Assembly: GCA_051362555.1 (NCBI GenBank)
Contig: CM120640.1
Coordinates: 16,492,001 to 16,556,000, forward strand
Direction of reading: 5' to 3'
DNA from: Lingula anatina
Taxonomy: Eukaryota > Animalia > Brachiopoda
Length of the DNA stretch: 64,000 bases
Positions 46,595 through 57,792 of the stretch are shown here, in pieces. The notes under the pieces were generated by a model. The model did not search any database. It was not told the DNA's origin and worked only from the letters and a program-made list of their open reading frames with translations. Each line of letters begins with the position of its first letter. Position 1 is the first letter of the stretch. The translations under genes and the position numbers were made by a program.

Positions 46595-49331
46595 TTAGTC
46601 ATCTGCAGGAAAACGGACACCAAGCTGACGTCTGACTTCATCCAAGATTTCCATGTTCCACAAACTGTGTTCATGTGGCATAGTGCTGTTCTCAAGCTCT
46701 CCTAGAAAAATATGCATGTGTGAGAAACAGCAATCAAATATTCACATTCACAGATTTAAACAATGATGCTGAACACCTTTTGCACAAATATGTTTTTTAC
46801 CCAGTGGATGTATAACTAAAAACAAGGCAGCAGAGCTGTCAAATGTACAGACAAAGTTAGAAAATTCTAAGTATAACAGTTTTTTCTTTCCTAGCATTTG
46901 TGGTGGCAGCTAGTGTGCAACAAATAGGGTTTTTTTTTGCAATTTTGATACAATATTACACAATGGTCAAGACCGTGTACCCTAAACCTTTTCTATAGCA
47001 CTGTTTATGCTAACCTTTGATCAGGCATTGTCTCACAGCCTCTGCCTGGTACTGGAAACCACCAGAATAAGGAGAACTGCACTTTACTGCAGGCTCAGGA
47101 GCAGGAAAATTCAATGTCTCAGTTGGGGTTTTTAATTCCACAGGACACCACTGTACAGGGCCAATTTTCATGGAACCCTTTGATCCATATACAGTCACAC
47201 TGTTTGTTGGGGTGCATGTCACTTCCAATGCTGTCTTGATAACTGCTGCCCTGCCACTGCTGTAAATGAGGGTTACAAAAGCTAGCTTATCTGTTCCTGG
47301 AAAAAGTAATACAAAATGTGCAGAATATCTGTGTATTTTCCCTGACCTTTTTAAACTTAACATATGTGATTTAAAAATTCAATACTAAATTACAATAAAC
47401 TGCAGATCCGTTTGCTAGATACCAGTTTCAAGTAAATGTAATAGGCAATATTTATTTATCAAATAATAAACAAGTTATAATCAATATAAATCTATATAAC
47501 TTAAAATTCATAATTCGTAAACTTACCTGTGTCATACAAATGCCCACTGGCTGATATCTTTGTGGGTTTCTCCCCATATATCATGGAGCAATACTGGATC
47601 CCATAGCAACCTATCAGCATCATTGATCCCCCTGATAAATTCGGACTTAAAAATTTTTCATCTGGATAATCTGACAAGTTGATGAACGCCCTGGTGTCAA
47701 CTAATCTGACATCCCCAATGGAACCATTTGTTATTTCTTCTTGAAGTTTAATGGTTGCTGGGAAGAATCTGGTCCAAAAGCCCTACAGTAATAAAAGTAT
47801 CTCCTATAATGAAAATGCCTACAACATACACTTGTCCTATGCTGTTACTATATTGTATTGATCTTTAAGGGTCCTTCAGTGCCAATTGCTTTCAGAGAGT
47901 ATGTAGCTGTTACTTTTTTTGTTTCCCATTATAATGTATCACCACGCGTGGAGGGTTACATGCACTTGCTACTGAAGTTAACATTAATTCTGCAGTAAAA
48001 AAATAATTAAATGGCATGTTTAAATTGTTTTATCTTATGCTGCTTACTGCACTAAGGGAAAGTCTTGCATTAAAATGAGCCTACATAAAAAATCAAATAA
48101 TGAAATGACAATAACATAATATAAAAATAATAACAAGGAAATGAATAAGTATTACATTAATAATAAAATAACCCTTTTCTTACCTCCATTAAGAACAGCT
48201 TCTTTTCTTTAGCCAGAGATATCATCTTCTGAGCTTCTTTGAGGTTGGAAGCCAAAGGTTTCTCACATAACACTGGTTTACCATGGTTCAGCATGAGTAG
48301 AGTCAGGCGGCAGTGTTCATGTGTGGCAGTGCCAATATATATTACATCTGAAATGGAGAATAATATCATACATCATTACATATTTATTAGAAAAAGGCAG
48401 GCTATGGTAGGCCTGCACTCTCTTGAGAGTTTTTCTTGTTAAATATTAAATTCAAAGAAAAGAAATTGTGATAATTCTTAAAACAATGTTCTGTTAGTTA
48501 TTCTTATTATCCATGTCAGAAGGTAAATTATTTTGAGTATCTAACATGGTATTTTGATCATGTTTGGTTCTAACTTTCACTTACCCACATCAGCATTTTT
48601 GGCTAATTCTTCATAACTTCCATAAGCATTGGTGATTTGGTGTAATTTTGCAAATTCTTGTGCACGAGTGAGGTCCCTGGCTGCTACTGCTACAACCTAA
48701 TGTGCAATTTAATAAATAAAATTAATCACAGATATTAGCTGCAAATTATGTAACAGCTATCTAGAATTTCCAAAATTAAACACATAATTACTGAAATATG
48801 GCTATTCTATAGAGTTTCAAATGGTTGTTTCAAACAAGAGAAGATAAGGATTGAAATTGGTAACATGTAATTTAAAAACATTTATCCTATAAGCGTATAA
48901 ATAATTTCATGATTTTTTTAACCCAACATCATATTTATTAAAAATTGAATTTTTTTTTTATTTGATAGACTGCAAACTGATTCACCAGCAATTAAAACTA
49001 AACTAGAAAAAAGAACAATTCTGTTTATTCTTCAGAACCATAGGGAGTGGTTGGGGTGGGGTGGTGGTGGGAGCAGAAGTAGGAGACTACTAGTGGTGCT
49101 CATTTCTCCAAAAAGTACTTTGTGACAGCATTACTTGTCCATTGATGTACATATACATTTGCACATGCATGCAAGCAGTAATTAAACTATTTTCAACTCT
49201 TCATATGTACAGCATTTCCAATACCATACCTTGTGTTCTGCGTGAGGGAGAGTACGAATAGCACTGACAAAGTCATGGCAAATTTTCCCTGCACTGCAGA
49301 TGCCCCAGCGAATACATGTATTGGTGGCCAT
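46595..49331 (-). CDS. DHDH: DHDH-like oxidoreductase, paralog B, 340 aa
   Basis: Exons 49331-49230, 48696-48585, 48347-48184, 47782-47527, 47296-47015, 46701-46595. Exons 1-5 match paralog A in size and phase. Non-coding first-exon donor at ~50187. Confidence 0.93.
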
Positions 49332-50238
49332 CTGTTTTGTTAATACATAAAGAAAATTAAAACCACATCATTACAATAGAAATGCAAAATGGAAAATATT
49401 ATGGCATAATACTGACATGATGTGGATAGTAATTGACACTAAGAACTTAAAATGTGATGCATGTCTGAAATATTACACAAGTCAACACCTGGGCTTTGAA
49501 ACATTTTACTACACAACAAATCCTCATTCATAATTACACCAATTGGCCAAAAACTCAATCATAATATAATAGTGGCATCAAAGTAAATACTGGTAACAGT
49601 AGGCCCTATTGTTAATTGCATGAATGCACCAACTCCTTAATAAAATAGGCCTACTTTTTCATCAAAATTTTAGTCATTTAATTACCAACTCCAGCCTCCT
49701 TCAATTTCAAAGTGAATGTCTGAGATTTGTATACCTGACATAAGGCTTGCTCTTTAGCACCCAAGGTAACTTAACCCCCAACCCCCACGTTTTTGTGAGC
49801 AGATAGGGCCTACAGGAACGCTTGCTCACCAAAGCGACTTTACAAGCAAAGTAGGTCAAGCGACTTCATTATGGATGAATCCCATTTAATAGTTTGCAAC
49901 GGTGATTCTGGCTTTAAAACCAAGACTTTTGAATAAAATTATTTACTAGATTTTCTAATTATGTATGTCGGGAGTCATCCCATTGAACGTAGGCTGGGAA
50001 TTGATAGATAACGATAGGCCTTTATGAACTTAGCAATGATGACGTAAGTTCGTAACCCCCGTAAATTCATCGTTTCAGCGGTGCAAATACGACGCATGGT
50101 TGATGAAAACACTAGGAAACATTAATCTGGTAGACTTTGTCGATTCTCTGAACACTCTGAGTAACCTGTAATGATCAGAGTATTTACCTTTTGACTTTAC
50201 TAATGGCGACAGCGCTCAACGCATCACGAGGTCCATAG

Positions 50239-50394
50239 GGGGCGTACCTTAATTGCGTAATACAATTCGCAATACAGCGCAACATTTAAAAAATAAAATA
50301 AACGGTGTATTATATCATAGAAGTACTTCTATGATCATATTGCTCTGTGTTGAGTTGTATTGCGGTGTTTTGCGCAATTTAGGCACATCACAAA
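50239..50394. mobile_element. MITE inserted at the DHDH-B 5' end/core promoter
   Basis: Imperfect ~37-bp TIRs (50241-50278 / 50354-50389), ATAGGG on both sides, absent from the homologous position upstream of paralog A (~44570-44585). Confidence 0.65.
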
Positions 50395-51348
50395 TAGGGC
50401 AGAGCAGACGCCACTCAACACTCTTTGTGAAAAAAATAATTATACAAGGGTGATCAAAACAATAGTAACCTTTTTTTCATAGCATTTTCACTTTAAAAAT
50501 ATATATATATATAGAAAAACTATAGATTCTATATGTCAGAACTCCTTGGTAGAATATATTGTTTCACGTGAAAATTAAATGAAAATAAATATGTATGTTC
50601 CCTAGAAAAATTATCAGAAAGTTTCATCTTGCCCAAGTACTTTGTGCAAAAGGAGACAGGGTTTTCTATTGCTGACTGAAACAAATACTGTGATTTTATG
50701 ATAGTTTGACATTTCTGATATAATATTTGGACCATGTGTGCAAAATAGTTTATTAAATGCTTATTTTACTGTCAGTAGGGTGTACTGGTACCCCCCCTCC
50801 TTTATAATATTCAGTGACAAGCAAACTTCATTCATGCAAAAAAACTAACTGCTCTATTATCATAAATTTTTACAATGTTATACTTGTAGGAGATAAAGAA
50901 CAAATCCAGTGATGAATGAATTTTCAAGCTGTCCGTTTGCTTTGTGACAGTAAAATTCATGATGTGTTCAAGTAAGATAAAATACATGGATCAAACTGAA
51001 GAAAGGCAAAATTTAAATATGTTTATTTAACACATAAAAGTAGCAGTTTATTTATATTAGGTTCAGTTCACTAGTCAGATTCATACTTTGTATAATTTTG
51101 TGAACTTACTTAAAATACAAAAGTAAACAATATAACATAGGCTCATGAAAGCCATATATCTCACTCTTTTCCGCACAGTTTGTGTTAAATGAAAAAAGTT
51201 TGTTAAAACAAGTAAAGTATTATTTTTAATAACTGCTTTACAGTCAACTGGCTTGCAATCCTGACAGCTTCTTGCATGCTAGAGATATCTGTCCAATTCA
51301 AGACATATAGTGTCTCTTTCATGTCGTTTCTCTCATCTCTCCTTTTGG

Positions 51349-51416
51349 CCTTATGAAAGTTTGCATGACCCATATATATATATATATATATATGGGTCAT
51401 GCAAACTTTCATAAGG
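51349..51416. repeat. Perfect 68-bp palindrome with an (AT)11 centre
   Basis: CCTTATGAAAGTTTGCATGACCC-(AT)11-GGGTCATGCAAACTTTCATAAGG. Confidence 0.95.
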
Positions 51417-51564
51417 ATTTATATATATAAAGCCTTCAGGCCTGGGCTTAGTCTTGTTGGAGTATGTGTCATAGAGGCTTATAGCTGATCATTTAATACC
51501 TCATTTTCCACCATACTTTTTAAAGCATTGAAAAAAGTAAAGTAGATGGCACTTTTCTCGAGCA

Positions 51565-53103
51565 TTATTTATCTACAGAGTATTTGTCATCTGCAGGAAA
51601 ACGGACACCAAGTTGACGTCTGACTTCATCCAAGATTTCCATGTTCCACAAACTGTGTTCATGTGGCATAGTGCTGTTCTCAAGCTCTCCTGGGTATTAA
51701 AAATTGAAAATTCTCTTGTTAAATTAATCTATTTCCCATTTCATATTGTATTTATGAAAATATTTTATTTCACAAACTGCTGATAAACAGAGATAAATGA
51801 TAATAAAACATATCTCATTGTATAACCAATATGACTATAAGCATCTTCATTTGACACAATGACACTATAAAATATCCAGCTATGACACTATAAAATAACC
51901 ATCTTATTGCTGTGAGCTTACCCTTTAAAAGACACTGACGTACTGCTTCGGCTTGATAGTGAAAACCCCCCTTATTTGGAGACTTTAATTCTGTGGCAGT
52001 GTCTGGAACTGGGAAAGTGAATGTCTCTGTTGGCGTTTTAACTTCCACTGGGCACCACTGAATGGGCCCTATTTCCATGGACCCCTCTGTTCCATATACT
52101 GTAACGTTCATTGGTGTTGATACATTAATCATTGCCTTGACAATCCCTGTCCTGCCATTGCTGTAGGTCAGTACTACAACAGTTTGGCCATCTGCACCTG
52201 AAAATATGGTAAACGGGTTAAAACCAATTACATAACCTCAACAACCTAATGTGGAAGACATTAGTTTCCATACAAACATTGGTGTACTACTTAGAGTAAA
52301 ATTCATATATATATATATTTTAGAAATTATCTCACTTTTTATGACCTGACCATAACCTGCAATCACAATATGCACTCATTGAATGAGTGCATATATCAAT
52401 TAAATTCAGGGCCACAAGAAGAAAGATTAGGAGGGGGGAGTATGTGCATCTTCATACAAATGCAACCTCTCATTACTTACCAATATCAGATTTGATTTTA
52501 TTTGGATTTTATTGGTTATGATAACTTTTGTAGTAAACTGACTTTGCAATTGCTACTTAATGACTCGTCAAAGTTGGATGTGGGGAAATGATTGTCTAGT
52601 CCAAAAGTTATCCAATGCACCCTTACCTGAGTCCAGCAAATGACCACTGGCAGCTATTTTCACAGGTCTTTCCCCAAAGATCATAGAGCAATACTGGATT
52701 CCATAGCAACCCATCATTGTAACTGCCCCTCCTGACAACTCTAGACTTGCAAACTTTTCAGGAACAGTTCCTTTATAGCACCTGCAAGCAATTGTTTCAA
52801 TGAGTTTGACTTCACCTATTGTGCCTTTTGAAATTTCGTCCATAAGTTTATATGATGCTGGGAAAAATCTTGTCCAGAACCCCTACAAAATATATAAATA
52901 TATCAGTCTATACACAGAGACCCTTCTTTTTGAGAAAAATTAAATAGTTTTTGCAATATCAAAACCCCACCTGAGTAACATTTGTTTTGATGTTTCCTAT
53001 CACTGCATGTTATTGATCATAATATAGGAAGAACCAGAAATAAATAGTCAGTGTGAGAGAAATGAATCTAAGCATAATGTGATTACTCCTTCCCCCCAAA
53101 CAA

Positions 53104-53158
<55 letters not shown>

Positions 53159-53171
53159 ATGAATGAATGAA

Positions 53172-53210
<39 letters not shown>

Positions 53211-54429
53211 ATACACAGTTTACCTCCATTAAGAACAGCTTCTTTTCTTTAGCCAGAGATATCATCTCCTGGGCTTCTCTGAGGTTGGAAGCCAAAGGTT
53301 TTTCACATAACACTGGTTTACCATGGTTCAGCATGAGTAGAGTCAGGCGGCAGTGTTCATGTGTGGCAGTGCCAATATATATTACATCTGAAATTGCAAG
53401 ATAGACTATTATATATCATACTGCTATCTCATTCTCTCTCTTAAAAAAAAAAATAGCACTCTGAAGAAGTGGTTCAAATAAAAAATGTTTGTTTTATAGA
53501 TCATACAGAAAAAAATGGGTCTATTTTATATTTTGCTGCCAAACAATTTTTCTCTTTCTTTGAATGATGGTTTAATAGTGCACACACAGGCAAAAAGACA
53601 GGGTTGGAAAGGGTTAGTCAGTTTCCAAATAAACTGTTCTTTTGGCTAAGAAAATGTTCACTATGAATCAAGATTTGATCCAGATTTTATGCTGTTACAT
53701 CAAAAAAGGTCAATTTTTTTTAGAAAAAAAAGACCCCCATTTACATCTGATGGCTACAGATTTGATACACTCCCTCATTTTTCAGTTAAAACCTAGAATA
53801 TTCATTTTCATTTTAGTCTGACACAATGGTTTTATGTAATTACATCCAAAAAGGTCCACTAATTTTAGAAAAGAAAAAAAAAAAACATTTGAAACTGTTT
53901 GCTACAGATCTGATACCCTCCCTGCTTTCTCAGTTAAAACTTCGAATATTTATTTTTATTTTAGTCTCACACAATTCTGCCTTACCAACATTTGTATCCT
54001 TGGCTAATTCTTCATAGCTACCATAAGCATTAGTGATCTTATGTAACTTTGCGAAGTCTTGAGCACGGCTGAGATCTCTCGCAGCGACTGCCACTGCCTT
54101 AATAATAATAATAGTAATAAAACTTTTGTTATAATTCAATTTATCAAAAAAATACAATGTGTCAACTGTGTCAATACAAAAATGGTCAATGAAAACATTA
54201 AATTGAAGTGGAACATTCAATTTTAAATGTATCAAAATTTTATGATTAAAATTCCACAAAATAGCAAAGCAAAACTACGGCAATAAAGTTTCTATTAATG
54301 CTTAACTATAAGGTTTACCTTATGTTCCATTGGGGGCATGCTTCCTAGTGCACTGGCAAAGCTATTAGAAATATGTCCTGCACTACAAATGCCCCAGCGA
54401 ATACATCTACTTGCAGGACTGACTGCCAT
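51565..54429 (-). CDS. DHDH: DHDH-like oxidoreductase, paralog C (most divergent), 347 aa
   Basis: Exons 54429-54319, 54097-53986, 53387-53224, 52882-52627, 52197-51922, 51689-51565; frame intact, ends ...[10 protein letters not shown]. Non-coding first-exon donor at ~54681. Confidence 0.92.
53102..53212. repeat. (AAAT)n microsatellite next to the DHDH-C exon 3 donor
   Basis: Directly visible. Confidence 0.95.
53694..53975. repeat. Imperfect ~145-bp tandem duplication in DHDH-C intron 2
   Basis: Units ~53694-53827 and ~53840-53975, both TTACATC..AAAAAGGTC...GCTACAGAT.TGATAC.CTCCCT...TCAGTTAAAAC...TTTTAGTCT.ACACAAT. Confidence 0.8.
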
Positions 54430-54612
54430 CTGTTGGGGAAAATTAAATATTTACTGTGGTAGGCCTGGTTAACTTTTCACATTTTACTGCAATTCAGTTA
54501 TGGACTAGTTACGGGGCTGTGTATCAGCTGTAGTCTCGCCTTTCATCTTAAAATAGCTTCTTATTTTTCAACATGAAATACTTTCCATTTTTATATTCAT
54601 ACTTAATATACA

Positions 54613-54756
54613 CACGCAAAGTTTCAAAACCGTTTGGATGGTGCAAACCGTGCAAAAACCTTAAGCAAAGTTATGGATTACCTTGCGTTTCGGATGAAGC
54701 AGTTCGGGCAGCTACCCTTGCTGCAATGTCATCCAAGAGAAGCCACATTCACGCAA
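54613..54756 (-). promoter_or_regulatory. XRE/ARE cluster at the 5' end of DHDH-C
   Basis: TTGCGTG at 54613-54619 and 54750-54756; ATGACATTGCA at 54722-54732 (all minus strand). Confidence 0.45.
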
Positions 54757-54866
54757 CATGAATTCAGTCGCACCAAACACAATGGCATAAGCACCTACTA
54801 GCACTTGAGTTCATCAAAACAAATTTGGGCCGATCTATGCTCATTATCTGCACATACACCTGCTAG

Positions 54867-54869
<3 letters not shown>

Positions 54870-54946
<77 letters not shown>
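54870..54946. repeat. (TA)n microsatellite
   Basis: Directly visible. Confidence 0.95.
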
Positions 54947-54947
<1 letters not shown>

Positions 54948-55248
54948 GGGTGGATAGGCTTTGATAATATAATAAAACAATGCATATCTTATCGTCCAAT
55001 AGCAATAGTTTCTTACAGAGATTTTATAAATGTTTTTTATATTTATTTATGCATAAATCACCTCACCTTTGAAGGAGAAATCTCACCCTAGTGAACACAA
55101 GTGTTTCCCGTTAACTCTTTAAATATTTGTTCAATACACTTGACAGATCGTGTTATTTATTTATTCACTATTTATTATTCTGGCAATATTGTCACATTTC
55201 AGATGACTTTCCAATTTTCCCAGATAGTGACAGGGTTATGCTAATTGT

Positions 55249-56173
55249 CAGGGGCGGATTACGGATTATTTGGAGTGGGGGCGTTTTTTAGGAATGACAG
55301 GCCGCAGATGCGAAGCCGACACTGGGGGAGGATGTAACAGTTACAACACAAGGCCAGTGATTAGGGGCAATTGACCTGGATTTTCATTCCAGGTAAAATG
55401 ACCCTAGTCATTTACTCCCTGATGATGGTGACTGACAGTCACAGAAATATTGGAGGTAATACCCACATATTTTACAAGCTCTTGATGAAAAGAAAAACAA
55501 TAATTTGAATTATCTGATAAAGTTTGCTACTAGGACCTGGGAACAAAAGGTCTGGCACTTGACAATCAAGTTGATAAAATCACAAAACGCCTGTAGAAAA
55601 TAGAGCATACCTGCCCAACATTGATTTGTTCAGATTCTTGACTAAGGGGTGCATTACTGGTGTCAAGGGCCAAGACTTGAACTTAGGGGTATGGCATGGC
55701 ACTGGACATTACTCTCGATTTCTCCCCAAATCTAATAAAGCCTCAGTTGCTTAACTTTTGCCAATTTTCCAATATCTATAGGTTGTGTTGTTTAATACTT
55801 GGGGTCTCTTCTCTGGCGGCGGTTAATTGGGACACCTGTGCGGCCTGTCAATGCACCTAGACCCACTTTTGCCAGTGCCACATTTTCCATTGCCGAAAAT
55901 ATCAAATTTGTGAATAGAATGAGGAACAATGACAGTTATGATAAAATGTTTGGAAGTATCTGTCACCTTCGCCACAGTAACCATATGGGCTGTGCCGCCC
56001 CCCCCCCCCCCCCACCACCACCACAGGCGACACCTTGCAGAGCAAGCGCGCGTAATCCAGGGTGCAACTGAAAATAACCTTGTCGCGCCACCCTATTGGA
56101 GTAATTTTTTTCAGAAATCGAAAGGGGGGGGGGGGTCAGGACCCCACTGACACCCCCCGTAAATCTGCCACTG
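55249..56173. mobile_element. Non-autonomous DNA transposon with CAG-terminal TIRs and 5-bp TSD (hAT5-like)
   Basis: Left end CAGGGGCGGATTACGG, right end CCGTAAATCTGCCACTG; TSD ATTGT at 55244-55248 and 56174-56178; no transposase ORF. Confidence 0.8.
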
Positions 56174-56425
56174 ATTGTGGTCAAAGAGGATTATTAAAGC
56201 TGGTTAGTTGGAGATAAATACCGTATATCTCATAAAAATTTGATAAGTACTACTTATTTTTTACTTCTTTATGGTAAAATGTCACACTCTTCATCTTAAA
56301 ACCTCCGCCACAAGCAAAGTTCTGCTTTATGCGTAACAGGGCAATTGTTCTGTAATCAAAATATATTTTGTGACTGATTACCATTTTTGACCGAGTTGGT
56401 TATGCGATGTAAAAGACATGCATCT

Positions 56426-56558
56426 GGGCCCAGTTTCAACAACACAGGATAGCGCTATCCTATGGATAATACTATCATTTGGATAAAACTGTTATCCTCT
56501 GGAAAGTTATCTTGAGGATAGCAGTCTTTTATAAACCACTGGAGAGCAATATCAGAGA

Positions 56559-56595
<37 letters not shown>

Positions 56596-56639
56596 AATTG
56601 CCCAGAGAATGGCGCTATCGTGTTTATGAAACTGGGCGC
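56426..56639. mobile_element. PIF/Harbinger-like MITE containing a poly(A) run
   Basis: GGGCCCAGTTTCAACAACACAGGATAGCGC versus the reverse complement of GCGCTATCGTGTTTATGAAACTGGGCGC; internal GGATA/TATCC palindromes. Confidence 0.65.
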
Positions 56640-57689
56640 TTATATTTATTGGTTGAAAAAGTATTTTCAGCCAATGTTACACAGGGAGGCCCATATGGCA
56701 AGAAAAAATATATAGTAAAACACATAAATATGCGTTCAATTCTCTCTTTTTGCATATTCTTTGAAAGGAAGATGGTGGATTATAAGTAACAGTAATGTAA
56801 CAACTTGGACGAATAAAACCATGTAAACGCTTTGCAATTTAACAGAAGGTACCAAGTATTTTAAATTATATGCTCTTGTCGAACATATCTCCGACTGATT
56901 TTTACACAATCAGCATTTTTCTTGTTATCCTTTAATAACGATAATGGCTAAATGGTTCAAGTCTCAAAAATTTCGCCAACAGCATGCCTTTTGAGGTATC
57001 CAACTTGAAACATCCCGCCCTGTCCACCACGCGCTCTGTTGTCGGTTTTATGCTTTGTCACATGACCACGTTGTGTTTTCACGACCCCGGCAAAACTTTG
57101 TCTCATCACTATATCGCCGAGTTTGGCGCGATGGAGGATGAAAACTGCCAAGAATGTCACGATTGTGGCAAAAACGTGGCATCGGGCACCTGTACGCGAG
57201 CTGTCATCTTCATTACAAGTGCGAAGAAGGCCCTGTCAACAATGTGGTTAAAAGAAAAAGGATGACAACAAGGTTTTGGCTTCGCTGGACGAGTCTATCT
57301 GGCGGTGTCTTGCTTGAAATATCTAAACTCAGTACAATGGGGTGGAGATTCACTACTTATTCAAACACCATTTATTTGCCTAAAGAACATTGTCATGCGA
57401 AAGGTGAGTTTTTCACTCTTACTGATTTATTAAAAAATTACTATTTTTCTTTACTGTTGTGTACTACCACCCCAAAGGGGCGAGTCCAAGTATGTGAGGG
57501 CGCTAACAGCTGACACTGACCAAGATGCTCTCACGGTCGACCTTGGACCTGTAAATGATAAGAGCTCTCCATTTTGTGAATATCTTCTGTTTAGTTTTTA
57601 TTTAATTTCGAAGAATAATGATTTCATATTTGAAAGCACCAACATTCTTTCTACCATAAATGGTCGTCATTTTTAAATGGCAATATGAT

Positions 57690-57792
57690 CAACCAATTAG
57701 ATCGAAGCAATATGCCCACGTGACGGTATTCGACCAATCAGCTTATTGGACTTTGAACTTCCTGTGGGCTTTGTCCTTCACCCAGGGTTAGT
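57690..57792 (+). promoter_or_regulatory. Putative FoxN1/4 core promoter and short non-coding first exon
   Basis: CCAAT 57693-57697 and 57734-57738, ATTGG 57745-57749, E-box CACGTG 57717-57722, TTTGAA 57752-57757, ETS-like ACTTCCTG ~57757, donor G|GTTAGT ~57786. Acceptor TCTTCCAG at 57941 precedes the ATG exon. Confidence 0.55.

Noticed and set aside
52576-52604. Intronic FWTRQSFP echo of the exon-4 start (FWTRFFP) in DHDH-C
   Set aside because: Too short and has no acceptor; chance similarity cannot be excluded.
56944-57403. In-frame TGA codons suggesting a selenoprotein
   Set aside because: No resemblance to a selenoprotein family I recognise and no SECIS identified.
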